Assembly: GCA_031362565.1 (NCBI GenBank)
Contig: JANLSU010000048.1
Span: forward strand, 8,696-72,695
Direction: 5' to 3'
Source: a bacterium
GTDB taxonomy: Bacteria > Krumholzibacteriota > Krumholzibacteriia > G020349025
DNA: 64,000 nucleotides
Part shown: in pieces, positions 1 to 10,788 of the stretch
Layout of the letters: the number at the start of each line of letters is the position of its first letter
How positions within the stretch are numbered: position 1 is the stretch's first letter
Translations under genes and position numbers: made by a program
Notes under the pieces: generated by a model
Seen by the model: the letters and a program-made list of their open reading frames with translations, nothing else
What the model was told of the DNA's origin: nothing
Databases searched by the model: none

Positions 1-174
1 CAAGTGCAGGAACAGGCTGCTGAAGACGAAGGTCGAGCGGCTGCGATCGGAACGCGGTGCACCGGAACGCACGACGGCGTCACGAAAGCGTTGCGGCGAG
101 TGCCGCAGATTGTCGGCGAAGCGGCGCAGAGCCGGCGTCGCCTCCGGGGTGGGCGGGGCAGGCGCGACACTCAT
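1..174 (-). CDS. Cytochrome b/b6 N-terminal part of a Rieske/cytochrome b complex (partial, runs off window start)
   Basis: Not in the ORF track. ATG at 174 overlaps the Rieske stop (ATGA). Manual translation [58 protein letters not shown] is open to the edge. The 'FLHL' N-terminus and position after a Rieske gene fit cytochrome b. Confidence 0.65.
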   Translation of the reverse strand, partial: MSVAPAPPTPEATPALRRFADNLRHSPQRFRDAVVRSGAPRSDRSRSTFVFSSLFLHL

Positions 175-665
175 ACGGCCACCTTCGTTCCCGGCGCAAC
201 GACTTTGCCCTCGTCGATCACGAACGTGTTGCCGCCGGTGTGGGTGACCGCGAGCCACGAGAGCGGCTTCGGCGCCGGGCCGCGGACGACCTGGCCGTCG
301 GGACCGAAGCGCGAACCGTGGCATGGACAATGGAAGCCGTCTTCGGCCTGTTTGACGATGCAGCCCAGGTGGGTGCAGATCGTCGAAATCGCGAAGATGC
401 CCGCCGCGTCGCGGAGAATCGCCACCGAGCGGCCCGGAGGCACGAACGCCACGCCGGGGGCGAGGGCGTCCGGCAACGTGACCCGGAATTTCTTCGACGG
501 TGACGGCAAAACCGCCGCGCGCGGTAGGCGCGCGATGCCGAGTGTCGCGAACAGCAGAGTCGCGGTCGCCGACCAGATGGCGGCGATCCCCAGGAAATCA
601 CGCCGCGGCATCGCTTCAGGGTCGAGCCTCGAGCGTTTCGAACTCGCGGGCGCATTCGCGGTCAT
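171..665 (-). CDS. Rieske [2Fe-2S] protein (QcrA/PetC-like)
   Basis: Tat-like PRRDFL plus TM helix, and CTHLGC and CPCHGS boxes. Start placed at ATG 665, which overlaps the upstream stop. Confidence 0.93.
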   Translation of the reverse strand: MTANAPASSKRSRLDPEAMPRRDFLGIAAIWSATATLLFATLGIARLPRAAVLPSPSKKFRVTLPDALAPGVAFVPPGRSVAILRDAAGIFAISTICTHLGCIVKQAEDGFHCPCHGSRFGPDGQVVRGPAPKPLSWLAVTHTGGNTFVIDEGKVVAPGTKVAV

Positions 666-2644
666 GCCGGTACCCTCCAAGTCACGTTGAACTGCACGCG
701 CTCCATGCTGATGGCATCCACCGGACAGCGCATGGCACAGAGCGCGCAACGAATGCAGCGTTCTTCGTCCTTCAAGATGGCGGCGTTTGCGGCGAGATCG
801 GCATCGGCGCCGAGCGCGTGACCGATTGCGGCCTGTAGATCGTTTGTCGGCTCGAGGTCGGTGAGCGGCACGATCTTGAGGCAGAGCGTCGGACAAACGT
901 CGACGCAACCGCCGCAGAGCACACAGCGCGTGCCGTCGAAGACCGGCGTCACTCCGCAGTCGAGACAGCGTGACGCCTCACGCTGCGCCGCGGGCGCGTC
1001 GAAGCAAATCTCGACGCTGGCGCCTGGCGTGGCGAGGCGCTCGGCGGGTTCCAGGGTCGGAATGACGGCGCGGCGAATGTTCTCGTAGCCGGTCTCGCGC
1101 CGGTAGCGTGCCAGCGGCAAGTGTGCTTCGAGGACCTCCGCGGCCAGCGCGCGGCCCATCACCTGCGCGTAGATCGAGCGCGCCGCCTTCTTCCCCGACG
1201 CCACCGCGTCAATGAGAAGCCGCGTGCCGTGTGCCAAGTCACCGGCCACGAACACGCCGGGTGCAGAAGTCGCAAGCGTCTCGGGATCGACGCGCGGCCA
1301 CCCCGGCCGCATCTCGTCGATATCCTCACCGCCCGGCCGCAAGAACGTCAGATCGGGTGCCTGCCCTGTCGCGAGCAATACGGTGTCGCAGGGCACGGTG
1401 CGCTGCTCGTCGTCGTCGAACAACGGCGCGAAGCGGCGATTCTCGTCGTACACCCGTACGCAACGCCGGAACACGACGGCCCGCACTGCGGCGCCGTCGC
1501 CACGCTGAATCTCGACCGGTCCCCAACCATTCAGGCGGTCGATGCCTTCCTCATCGCCTTCCCGGATCTCGACGGTGTCGGCGGGCATCTCCTCCAACGT
1601 CTCGAGCGATGCCAGCGTGACCCGGTGCATTCCGGGCAGGCGCGCAGCAGTGCGGGCCGTGTCATAGGCCACCTGCCGGACAACCGTGCGCGCGACGTCG
1701 TACGCAACGTTGCCACCGCCGATCACGACAACGTCGTGGCCGAGTTTCAGCGCCTCGCCGAGTGCCACCGCACGCAGAAAATCGACACCGCCGAACACGA
1801 AGGGCCCGGCCTCGCCCGGAAGGTTCAAGCCGCGCGCCTTCTTGGCGCCAACGGCAATCAGGACTGCCGCGTAGTCGCGCCGCAGTGCCGCGAAGCTCAC
1901 ATCACGTCCGACCGCGACGCCACAGCGGATTTCGACCCCGAGAGCCTCGATGACCGCGATCTCGTGCCGAATGAGTTCGCGCGGCAGGCGATATTCCGGC
2001 ACCCCGACGTACAACATGCCGGCAGGCACGGGTTCGATTTCGAACACGACCGGCCGGAATCCGAGGAGCGCCAAGTCGTGGGCCGCGGACAATCCCGCCG
2101 GTCCGGCACCAATGATCGCCACGCGCTGGCCGTTGGCGGGCGCGAAGCGGCCTTCAACGGCGCGATGCAGAAGCGCTGCCATCTCTTCCGCATCGGCGGC
2201 GACTTCGGGGACATAGCCACGCACCGCCGCGAGGACCGCAGCGCTTGGCTGGACACTGGCACCAAACATCTCGCAGGCGAAACGTTTGAGAGCCCGAATC
2301 GCGATCGGCTGGTCGGCGCCCAAATAGACGCCATCGGCGTCGACGCGTGGAATGGTGCCGCGCCGGCAGGCCGCTTCACACGGCGCGCCGCAGACGCGAC
2401 CGCAGATCGAAGCGAACGGATTCGGGCCGCGGGCGATGAGGTACGCTTCTTCGAAGCGCCCGGCGGCGATGGCGCGGACGTAGCCGCGCGCGTCGGTGTG
2501 GACGGGGCAAGCACGCTGGCAGGAAATGAGGTCGCGGTGGTACCCGTCGCCGGGGACCGCCACCTGCAGCCGCGAACGCCCGAAGGGGGGTTCGGGCGTG
2601 GCGGCTTTGGCTGGCGCAGCTGAGATCCCCGGCTCTGGGCTCAT
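662..2644 (-). CDS. FAD/NAD(P)-dependent oxidoreductase (GltD/NfnB-like) with N-terminal Fe-S domain and C-terminal 2x[4Fe-4S] ferredoxin
   Basis: CQRACP...[25 protein letters not shown] and FVAGD motifs; [12 protein letters not shown] and [20 protein letters not shown] upstream. Confidence 0.92.
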   Translation of the reverse strand: MSPEPGISAAPAKAATPEPPFGRSRLQVAVPGDGYHRDLISCQRACPVHTDARGYVRAIAAGRFEEAYLIARGPNPFASICGRVCGAPCEAACRRGTIPRVDADGVYLGADQPIAIRALKRFACEMFGASVQPSAAVLAAVRGYVPEVAADAEEMAALLHRAVEGRFAPANGQRVAIIGAGPAGLSAAHDLALLGFRPVVFEIEPVPAGMLYVGVPEYRLPRELIRHEIAVIEALGVEIRCGVAVGRDVSFAALRRDYAAVLIAVGAKKARGLNLPGEAGPFVFGGVDFLRAVALGEALKLGHDVVVIGGGNVAYDVARTVVRQVAYDTARTAARLPGMHRVTLASLETLEEMPADTVEIREGDEEGIDRLNGWGPVEIQRGDGAAVRAVVFRRCVRVYDENRRFAPLFDDDEQRTVPCDTVLLATGQAPDLTFLRPGGEDIDEMRPGWPRVDPETLATSAPGVFVAGDLAHGTRLLIDAVASGKKAARSIYAQVMGRALAAEVLEAHLPLARYRRETGYENIRRAVIPTLEPAERLATPGASVEICFDAPAAQREASRCLDCGVTPVFDGTRCVLCGGCVDVCPTLCLKIVPLTDLEPTNDLQAAIGHALGADADLAANAAILKDEERCIRCALCAMRCPVDAISMERVQFNVTWRVPA

Positions 2645-2701
2645 GCCTCCGTCCCTTGAGTTTCGTAGGCCACCTGGATTTTCGGATTTACGGACCCGCT
2701 A

Positions 2702-2760
2702 GTCAAGTATTCCGCCTGATATTTTTAAAATACTGTCTAATAAGAAGTTACGATTTTTGT
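2702..2760. promoter_or_regulatory. AT-rich divergent promoter/operator region with candidate Rrf2-type site
   Basis: Minus-strand ATACTTGAC (includes -35 TTGAC) at 2702-2710 and inverted repeat TATTTT-T-AAAATA at 2720-2732, in an otherwise GC-rich sequence. Confidence 0.5.
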
Positions 2761-2862
2761 CGCTGATTCCTGGAAGCCGTTGCGTGGACTGGCTTTTGGC
2801 CCTAGGATTGAGTACCTGACTTTCGAGTCCGGTATTCACCGCGGTTTCGAAGGGACCCGCCC

Positions 2863-3309
2863 GTGTTCTCCCCGACCTGCCAGTACGCAATCCGCGCCCT
2901 GATGTACTTGGCACTGCATGAGGGAAAGGGAGCCGCTTTGGCGCGCGACATCGCCGCCGCCGAAGAAATCCCGCGCCAATTCCTGTCGAAGATCCTGCAT
3001 CAACTTGCACAGAAAGGGCTGGTGCGTTCGCAGAAGGGGCCGGGCGGCGGCTTCTTCCTTGCACGGGCTGCCAACGAACTCACCGTCGCCGAGATCACGA
3101 TCGCCGTGGATGGCATCCAGCAGCCGGCGCGACGCTGTCTGCTCGGGCTCGAGGAATGCAGCGAAGTCGCGAGCTGTGCGCTCCATGAGGCGTGGAAGAA
3201 AGTCCGACTCGACTACGAACGCACCATCGGCGTTCTGACGCTCGCCGATTTGGTCGCGACCCGCGGGCTTCTGAACCCTCTGCCGCATCCGAACCCCACG
3301 GATCGGTAG
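2863..3309 (+). CDS. Rrf2-family transcriptional regulator (Fe-S binding)
   Basis: YAIRAL...LVRSQKGPGGGFFLAR winged-helix signature; C-terminal CLLGLEECSEVASCALH. Confidence 0.93.
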   Translation: MFSPTCQYAIRALMYLALHEGKGAALARDIAAAEEIPRQFLSKILHQLAQKGLVRSQKGPGGGFFLARAANELTVAEITIAVDGIQQPARRCLLGLEECSEVASCALHEAWKKVRLDYERTIGVLTLADLVATRGLLNPLPHPNPTDR

Positions 3310-3360
3310 CTGCAACCTGTCGACTGTCCACCGGCCGAATGCAATCGAGCGGTGTGCTTC

Positions 3361-3436
3361 CCCAAACGAACCCGGCCACCAAGCTCTTACGAGCGAGGAG
3401 GCCGGGCTTCAGGGGCTCGCGAGGAGCCCAACTCTT
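3361..3436 (-). ncRNA. Putative structured RNA element, copy 1
   Basis: Minus strand: GGGCTC/GAGCCC hairpin, CTGAAG linker, CCCGGCC/GGCCGGG stem capped by GCTC-GTAA-GAGC. Near-identical copy at 5123-5199. Confidence 0.5.
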
Positions 3437-3522
3437 TCGTGCGTCGCGACGTCGGAACGAAGCGAGCGCGACCGCGTTCTCTGCCGCGGAACGCACCGTT
3501 CGAATTGTCGTGTGCTGACGCC

Positions 3523-3552
3523 AGTATCGCGACAGGCACGGGGTGGAGTCAA
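3523..3552 (-). promoter_or_regulatory. Sigma70-like promoter, copy 1
   Basis: TTGACT-N18-GATACT; conserved in the duplicate at 5379-5408. Confidence 0.55.
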
Positions 3553-3584
3553 CTTGAAGTTGCGGAGAACGCTGCAACGAAACT

Positions 3585-3636
3585 TTGTGAAATTTTTCAC
3601 AACTAGTTCCGGACCGAGTTGTGAAAACTTTCACAA
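3585..3636. promoter_or_regulatory. Two tandem Rex-type operator boxes
   Basis: TTGTGAA-ATTT-TTCACAA (3585-3602) and TTGTGAA-AACT-TTCACAA (3619-3636). Both match the Rex consensus TTGTGAA-N4-TTCACAA. Confidence 0.75.
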
Positions 3637-3690
3637 ACTCGTGGGCGTGCGGGGAACTCGGAGCGCTGCGCACGGCGGCGGCACCTCGAG

Positions 3691-4357
3691 CTACTGGGCG
3701 GCGCGACGGCGCTCAGCCAGCTTGGCTTGGCGCACCCGGGACGGCAGGGGCTGGCGGAGTGCCGCTTCGGCGATCGACGAGGCATCGACCAAGCGGTCGA
3801 GGTCGACGCCGGTTTCGATGCCCATGCCGTGCGGCATGTACACGAGGTCCTCGGTGGCGAGGTTGCCGGTGGCGCCCGGCGCGTAGGGACAGCCACCCAA
3901 GCCGCCGGTCGAGGCATCGAACACGTGCACGCCGAGACCCAGCGCCGCCAGTGCGTTCGCGAGCGCCGTGCCGCGCGTGTCGTGGGAATGCAGTGCGAGC
4001 CTCTCGACATCGAAGGCCTCCAACAACAAGCCCACGACATCGTCGACTTGTGAGGGAACGCCGACCCCGATCGTATCGCCGATCGAAATTTCCTGCACCC
4101 CGAGCGCCAACAAATCGCCGGTGACGCGCGCGACGACGTGCGGATCGACGCGCCCCTCGTACGGGCAGCTGAAGCACGTCGAAACGTAGCCCTGCACTCG
4201 CACACCGGCACTGCGCGCCCAGACGACGACCGGCCGAAAGCGTTCGATCGACCCGGCGATCGACGCATTGATGTTGCGCTGGTTGAAGGTTTCACTGACG
4301 GCCGTGAAGACGGCTATTTCTTGCACGCCGGCGGCGAGGGCCGCATCGAGCCCCTTC
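3691..4357 (-). pseudogene. 5'-truncated duplicate of HMG-CoA lyase
   Basis: Highly similar to 5462-6128 from KGLDAALAAG to the stop. Lacks the N-terminal EVGPRDGLQN motif and carries LHFHD->LHSHD and YMLHG->YMPHG changes. Confidence 0.85.
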
Positions 4358-4414
4358 TCATAACGACCAAAGGTGGTTGCTCTGCTTGAACGCCGCGGCC
4401 CGCATGCCGCGACG

Positions 4415-5050
4415 TCAGTGACACATGCCTCCCAATCGCGATGCCAAGAGGGCCAGGTCTGAACTGTCGATGTAGCCGTCTTTGGTGTAGTCGGAACATA
4501 TCGAATAGTTCGGTTGTCCGACCTGGCTGGGGAACTTGTGGGCGAACCTTCCAAACTCCTCGGAATCCACATCGCAATTGGCCGGGAAAGTGTCACAGCC
4601 GTTCGTGCGGATCGGGAGATTGGCGATGAGGACGCCCTCGGCAAGCACACTCAAGCCGTTGGCGCACCCGCCTGCGCGTAGGGCGCCCGTAAACTGGGTC
4701 CGGCCGTTGAGGTCCGTTGGCGCGTCGGCAATATTGCCACCCGGGCACATGCAAAGAAAGCTGTTGAAGAGCACGATTTCCTGCGCCGGCACGCCAGCCA
4801 ACGGTGCCCCGTTACAATTCTTGAGGTAGACCTGAATGCCAATTCCGGCTGCCGCGAATGTTTCCCCGCCGCTCGGGTCTATGGTAACGACATCATACGG
4901 CTGCCCAGTACGATACGCGCCGGTGAAGACGCGCGAGAACAACACCGTGGCATACGAGGAATCCGCACAGACGATGCCCATTGCCGGTACAGCCCACCCG
5001 ATGAGGGCCACGGCAAGCGGAAAACTCGAAAATACATTCTTGAACTGCAT
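4415..5050 (-). CDS. Secreted Cys-rich hypothetical protein with C-terminal dockerin/EF-hand-like motif
   Basis: Signal peptide; Ig-like core (APTDLNGRTQF); DYTKDGYIDSSDLALLA; GGAGGG RBS. Confidence 0.7.
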   Translation of the reverse strand: MQFKNVFSSFPLAVALIGWAVPAMGIVCADSSYATVLFSRVFTGAYRTGQPYDVVTIDPSGGETFAAAGIGIQVYLKNCNGAPLAGVPAQEIVLFNSFLCMCPGGNIADAPTDLNGRTQFTGALRAGGCANGLSVLAEGVLIANLPIRTNGCDTFPANCDVDSEEFGRFAHKFPSQVGQPNYSICSDYTKDGYIDSSDLALLASRLGGMCH

Positions 5051-5122
5051 GTCTTGACCCTCCGAGGCGGAGAGAAGTTGGACCGTCGCGCGACGGAAAG
5101 AATATCACATCCGCGACTGGCG

Positions 5123-5199
5123 CCCCAAAGCGAACCCGGCCACAAGCTCTTGCAAGCGAGGCGGCCGGGCTTCAGGGGCTCACGAGGAGCCCAACTCTT
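5123..5199 (-). ncRNA. Putative structured RNA element, copy 2, in the 5' leader of 4415-5050
   Basis: Same two-hairpin fold as 3361-3436, with a GCTT-GCAA-GAGC cap; about 70 nt upstream of ATG 5050. Confidence 0.5.
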
Positions 5200-5378
5200 G
5201 CGCGAAGCAAACTCAACGTCGCCTCTTCGGGACGGGCGCCGGGCCTGCGCACCGTCCATCGGATCCGCCGCGCCGAAACACGCCGACCGAGGAATCATCA
5301 AGTCCTTCGCGACGGCGAATGCGGTCGAGTTCCACCGCGCTCCGGAACGTACCGCGTAATTTGTCGTGCACTAGCGTC

Positions 5379-5408
5379 AGTATCGCGATCGAGACGGGGT
5401 GAGGTCAA
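5379..5408 (-). promoter_or_regulatory. Sigma70-like promoter, copy 2
   Basis: TTGACC-N18-GATACT. Confidence 0.55.
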
Positions 5409-5461
5409 CTTGCAGTTGATCGTCATGCAAAAGGAACGGGCGGCGCGGCGGGCGGCGGCAG

Positions 5462-6388
5462 CTACCGGGCGGCGCGGCGGCGTTCGGAGAGCTTGGCTTG
5501 GCGCACCCGGGACGGCAGGGGCTGGCCGAGGGCCGCTTCGGCGATCGACGAGGCATCGACTAACCGGTCGAGGTCGACGCCGGTCTCGATGCCCATGCCG
5601 TGCAGCATGTACACCAGGTCCTCGGTGGCGAGGTTGCCGGTGGCGCCCGGCGCATAGGGACAGCCACCCAAGCCACCCGCCGAGGCATCGAAGACGTGCA
5701 CCCCGAGGCCAAGTGCCGCCAACACGTTTGCGAGCGCCGTGCCGCGCGTGTCGTGGAAATGCAGCGCCAGGGTTCCGACATCGAAGGTCTCCAGCAGCAA
5801 GCCCACGACATCGACGACTTGCGAGGGAACACCGACCCCGATCGTGTCGCCGATCGAAACTTCCTGGACGCCTAGTGCGAACAACTCGCCGGTCACCTGC
5901 TGCACGGCGCGCGGATCGACGCGCCCCTCGTACGGGCAGCCGAAGCACGTCGAGACGTAGCCCCGCACTCGCACCCCGGCAGCGCGCGCCCGGACGACGA
6001 CGGGACGAAAGCGTTCGATCGATTCGGCGATCGACGCATTGATGTTGCGCTGGTTGAAGGTTTCACTGGCGGCCGTGAAGACGGCAATTTCTTGCACGCC
6101 GGCGGCGAGGGCCGCATCGAGCCCCTTCGCGTTGGGAACGAGGGCTGGATAGCGCGTTCCCGCCTGGCGGCGAAGGCGGGCGTACACCGTGTCCGAGGCC
6201 GCCATCTGTGGAATGGCCTGCGGGCTCACGAACGCGCCGGCCTCGACCGCCGGTAAACCCGCCGCCGCGAGGGCCTCGATGAAACGCACTTTGACGTCGA
6301 CGTCGAGCGCCGCGGCGACGTTCTGCAGACCATCGCGCGGTCCGACCTCGTAAACCGTCACGTGCGCTGGCAGGATGCGGGAACTCAT
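5462..6388 (-). CDS. liuE: Hydroxymethylglutaryl-CoA lyase
   Basis: EVGPRDGLQN, LHFHDT and GLGGCPYAPGATGN motifs; ATG 6388 overlaps the upstream stop. Confidence 0.95.
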   Translation of the reverse strand: MSSRILPAHVTVYEVGPRDGLQNVAAALDVDVKVRFIEALAAAGLPAVEAGAFVSPQAIPQMAASDTVYARLRRQAGTRYPALVPNAKGLDAALAAGVQEIAVFTAASETFNQRNINASIAESIERFRPVVVRARAAGVRVRGYVSTCFGCPYEGRVDPRAVQQVTGELFALGVQEVSIGDTIGVGVPSQVVDVVGLLLETFDVGTLALHFHDTRGTALANVLAALGLGVHVFDASAGGLGGCPYAPGATGNLATEDLVYMLHGMGIETGVDLDRLVDASSIAEAALGQPLPSRVRQAKLSERRRAAR

Positions 6389-6876
6389 ACCGGTTCCGCC
6401 GCCAAACGCACCAACGTGACGCCGCTTGCGACTTGCGTGCCGGCGACGGCGTGCACGTGTTCGACGATCCCGGCGCGCGGCGCGACGATTTCGTACTGCA
6501 TCTTCATGGCTTCGAGAACGACCAACGTCTGATCCTTGAGAACCGTATCGCCGGCCGCCACCAAGACCTTCAACACCGCACCCGGCATGGGAGCGGTGAG
6601 TTCGCCGGGCGGCGGACCACCGCGCTTGCGGCTCGGGGTTTCGAGACGCAGATGGTGCACGTGGCCGTCGATCCAAATCCAGCGCTCGTCGCCCGACTTG
6701 GCGACGATGCAGCGCCGCTGCCGTCCCGCTTCGCGCAACACGTAGTCGCCCGGGCCCAGTTGATCCCAGGTGAAGATGCGCTCCCCGGCCGCGGTGGCGA
6801 GATGCAAGCGGTCGCCGTCGCGGCGTGCGGCGATTTCAACAAGCGTGTCGCCATTGCGAAAGCGGCGCGTGATCAT
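6385..6876 (-). CDS. Biotin carboxyl carrier subunit (separate C-terminal part of the MCC alpha subunit)
   Basis: APMPG and EAMKM biotinylation motifs; ATGA coupling on both sides. Confidence 0.9.
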   Translation of the reverse strand: MITRRFRNGDTLVEIAARRDGDRLHLATAAGERIFTWDQLGPGDYVLREAGRQRRCIVAKSGDERWIWIDGHVHHLRLETPSRKRGGPPPGELTAPMPGAVLKVLVAAGDTVLKDQTLVVLEAMKMQYEIVAPRAGIVEHVHAVAGTQVASGVTLVRLAAEPV

Positions 6877-8408
6877 GATCGGCCCCCGCCGTTCGCGTGC
6901 CGCCAGGCGCCGAGCGCCGTCCATGGAGTCGCTGCCACGCTCGTGTCGCTGGTTTGCGCACCGGTCGCGCCGGCGCCGACGCGCGGTCCGGCCGCATCGT
7001 GCAATGCCACCGCCGCCAGCGCCTCGTCCGGCAGCGGCACGGACTCGGGCGTCCAGTCCGCCAAATGCTCGGCCAGGAAATGCGTCGTGAGATCGCCGCG
7101 CTGAAATGCGTCGACCTCGAGAATGGCCTGCAAGTAATCGAGATTGGTGGGCACGCCCAAGATCACGAACTCGGCGAGCGCGCGCCGCATGCGGGCCGTG
7201 GACTCGGCGCGGTCACGGCCGATCGTGATCACCTTGGCCAGCATCGGGTCGTACTGGATCGGCACGTCGAGCCCGTCGCGCAGCGCGCCGTCGACCCGCA
7301 CGCCTGGCCCGCCGGGATGGCGAATGAGCAGGATCCTGCCGCCGGCCGGCAGAAAACCGCGTGCCGGCTCCTCGGCGTAAACCCGGCATTCCAGAGCGTG
7401 GCCGCGTTGCACCGGGTGGAGCGCTGCGGCCGGCATCGGGAGGCCGGCGGCGACTTCGAATTGCATCCGCACGAGATCGAGTCCGGTCACCATCTCGGTG
7501 ATCGGATGCTCGACCTGCAAACGGGTGTTCATTTCCAGGAAGTAGAAAGCGCCATGCGCGTCGAGCATGAACTCGACAGTACCGGCGCCGCGATAGTCGA
7601 CGGCGCGCGCCGCCGCGACCGCCGCTTCACCCATGCGGGCCCGCAACGCCGCATCGACGACCGGCGAAGGGGTCTCTTCGACGATCTTCTGGTGCCGGCG
7701 CTGGATCGAACACTCGCGTTCGAAGAGATGCACCGTGTTGCCATGCGCATCCGCGAACACCTGAAACTCGATATGGCGCGGCCGCTCGAGGTATCTCTCG
7801 AGGTAGATGGTGCCGTCACCGAACGCCTTCTCGGCTTCGCCGCGCGCCAAGCCGGCGGCGCGTTCGAACTCGGCGGCCTCGTGAACGACGCGCATGCCCT
7901 TGCCGCCGCCCCCGGCGCTCGCTTTGACGAGGACCGGAAAGCCCATCTTGGCCGCGGCCTTGGCGAGCACCCCGACGTCCTGAGTCTTGCCATCGGTGCC
8001 CGGCACGACCGGCACGCCGGCCTTTTGCATGAGCGCCCGGGCGCCGATCTTGCTGCCCATGGCCTCGATCGCATCCGGCGGCGGTCCAATGAACGTCAGC
8101 CCGGCGGCGGCGCAACGCCGCGCGAAAGTCGCGTTCTCGGACAAGAATCCGTAGCCCGGGTGCACGGCATCGCAACCGGCCGCGGCGGCGATTTCCAGCA
8201 ACCGGTCTTGGTTCAAATACGACTTCGCGGCCTCGGCGGGCCCCAAGAGGTAGGCCTCATCGGCGCGCGTCACGTGCGACGCGTGCGCGTCGGCGTCCGA
8301 GTACACCGCCACCGCTTGAATGCCAAGTTCGCGCAACGTCCGCTGAATGCGGATGGCGATCTCGCCGCGGTTGGCGATCAGCACTTTGCGAAACAGTGGT
8401 TGCTTCAT
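6873..8408 (-). CDS. Biotin carboxylase subunit of methylcrotonyl-CoA carboxylase
   Basis: IANRGEIA, HPGYGFLSEN, RECSIQRRHQK and EMNTRLQVEHP motifs; start trimmed to MKQPLFRK. Confidence 0.93.
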   Translation of the reverse strand: MKQPLFRKVLIANRGEIAIRIQRTLRELGIQAVAVYSDADAHASHVTRADEAYLLGPAEAAKSYLNQDRLLEIAAAAGCDAVHPGYGFLSENATFARRCAAAGLTFIGPPPDAIEAMGSKIGARALMQKAGVPVVPGTDGKTQDVGVLAKAAAKMGFPVLVKASAGGGGKGMRVVHEAAEFERAAGLARGEAEKAFGDGTIYLERYLERPRHIEFQVFADAHGNTVHLFERECSIQRRHQKIVEETPSPVVDAALRARMGEAAVAAARAVDYRGAGTVEFMLDAHGAFYFLEMNTRLQVEHPITEMVTGLDLVRMQFEVAAGLPMPAAALHPVQRGHALECRVYAEEPARGFLPAGGRILLIRHPGGPGVRVDGALRDGLDVPIQYDPMLAKVITIGRDRAESTARMRRALAEFVILGVPTNLDYLQAILEVDAFQRGDLTTHFLAEHLADWTPESVPLPDEALAAVALHDAAGPRVGAGATGAQTSDTSVAATPWTALGAWRHANGGGRS

Positions 8409-8532
8409 CGTCCGCAGGCTAACACCTGGCCGACATGCGTCGCAACTGCAGCGCGGGGGCGCGGCCGGAATCGCATTCACGGATGGACGTAGTTGCGCAG
8501 CTGGAGCACCCGGAGGCCACCGGAAGAGCCCC

Positions 8533-9003
8533 TCAACGATAGAAATCGACCCATTCGAAGTGGCAGGCGCGGGGGCCGGCTTGCGCGAAGTCGGCGGAGG
8601 AATCGATTTCGAAGCCGTCACTCGTGGGCCGCAACGGCATGAAGAGCGGATCTTCGGGCCCGAGTGCCTGGCTCGCGGCAGTGCCACGCCGGCCGGTTTC
8701 CGAAACGCTGCCGTCGTGGTGCACCGCGATCTCGACGCGGCGATCGGCGTATTCGAAATGAAAACCTTCGAGCGCCCGGACGTGCAGCCGGATCTGCAGC
8801 GCCTGACCGCGGCCCGCAAGCGCCAGATCGGCCCGGCCGATGCCGGAGCCGGCGACCGTCACGATGGTGCAGGACGCCGTTTGCGAGGTTTCAATGCGCG
8901 TTGATTCGGATGCCGAGGTGACGCGGACTCGCGGTGGCAGAGATCCGGCGCACGCCGCGCCCAAAACGAGGCCCATCGCCGCCAGAGCCGATGAACGCCG
9001 CAT
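8533..9003 (-). CDS. Hypothetical lipoprotein
   Basis: Signal peptide with LGAAC lipobox; GAGGTG RBS; lies inside the liu cluster. Confidence 0.6.
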   Translation of the reverse strand: MRRSSALAAMGLVLGAACAGSLPPRVRVTSASESTRIETSQTASCTIVTVAGSGIGRADLALAGRGQALQIRLHVRALEGFHFEYADRRVEIAVHHDGSVSETGRRGTAASQALGPEDPLFMPLRPTSDGFEIDSSADFAQAGPRACHFEWVDFYR

Positions 9004-9020
9004 CGCGGTGGCACCTCACA

Positions 9021-10631
<1,611 letters not shown>

Positions 10632-10700
10632 GGGGCGCGATCTTACACTACGCCTCCCGAACGGTCACGCGCGCAGCGCGGCGCTGGTTTTCGCCGCCGC

Positions 10701-10730
10701 TTGACGCTCGGACGCGGCGCTGTCTAGGCT
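10701..10730 (+). promoter_or_regulatory. Sigma70-like promoter
   Basis: TTGACG-N18-TAGGCT with an extended -10 TG, upstream of 10789. Confidence 0.55.
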
Positions 10731-10788
10731 CGCGGCGTTCGGTCGCCCCGCCGGCTTGGCCCCCCTCGTACGATTCGTGGAGGCTGTC

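Noticed and set aside
662..2644. Assignment as preT or glutamate synthase gltD
   Set aside because: It has an extra C-terminal ferredoxin domain, is coupled to Rieske/cytochrome b genes, and has no adjacent gltB or preA.
3361..3436. SAM-I riboswitch or hammerhead ribozyme
   Set aside because: There is a partial likeness (AAGAG...GCCC.TGAAGCCCGGC), but the SAM-I AUC, GCAACC and GGUGC elements are missing, and there is no CUGANGA/GAAA hammerhead core.
3585..3636. Mini CRISPR array
   Set aside because: Only two 18-bp palindromes with a 16-bp gap and no cas genes; an operator pair fits better.
3691..4650. 319-aa ORF as an intact second HMG-CoA lyase
   Set aside because: Its first ~97 aa are an alternate frame of the 4415-5050 gene plus spacer. 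Homology starts only at 4357 and the catalytic N-terminal motif is missing.
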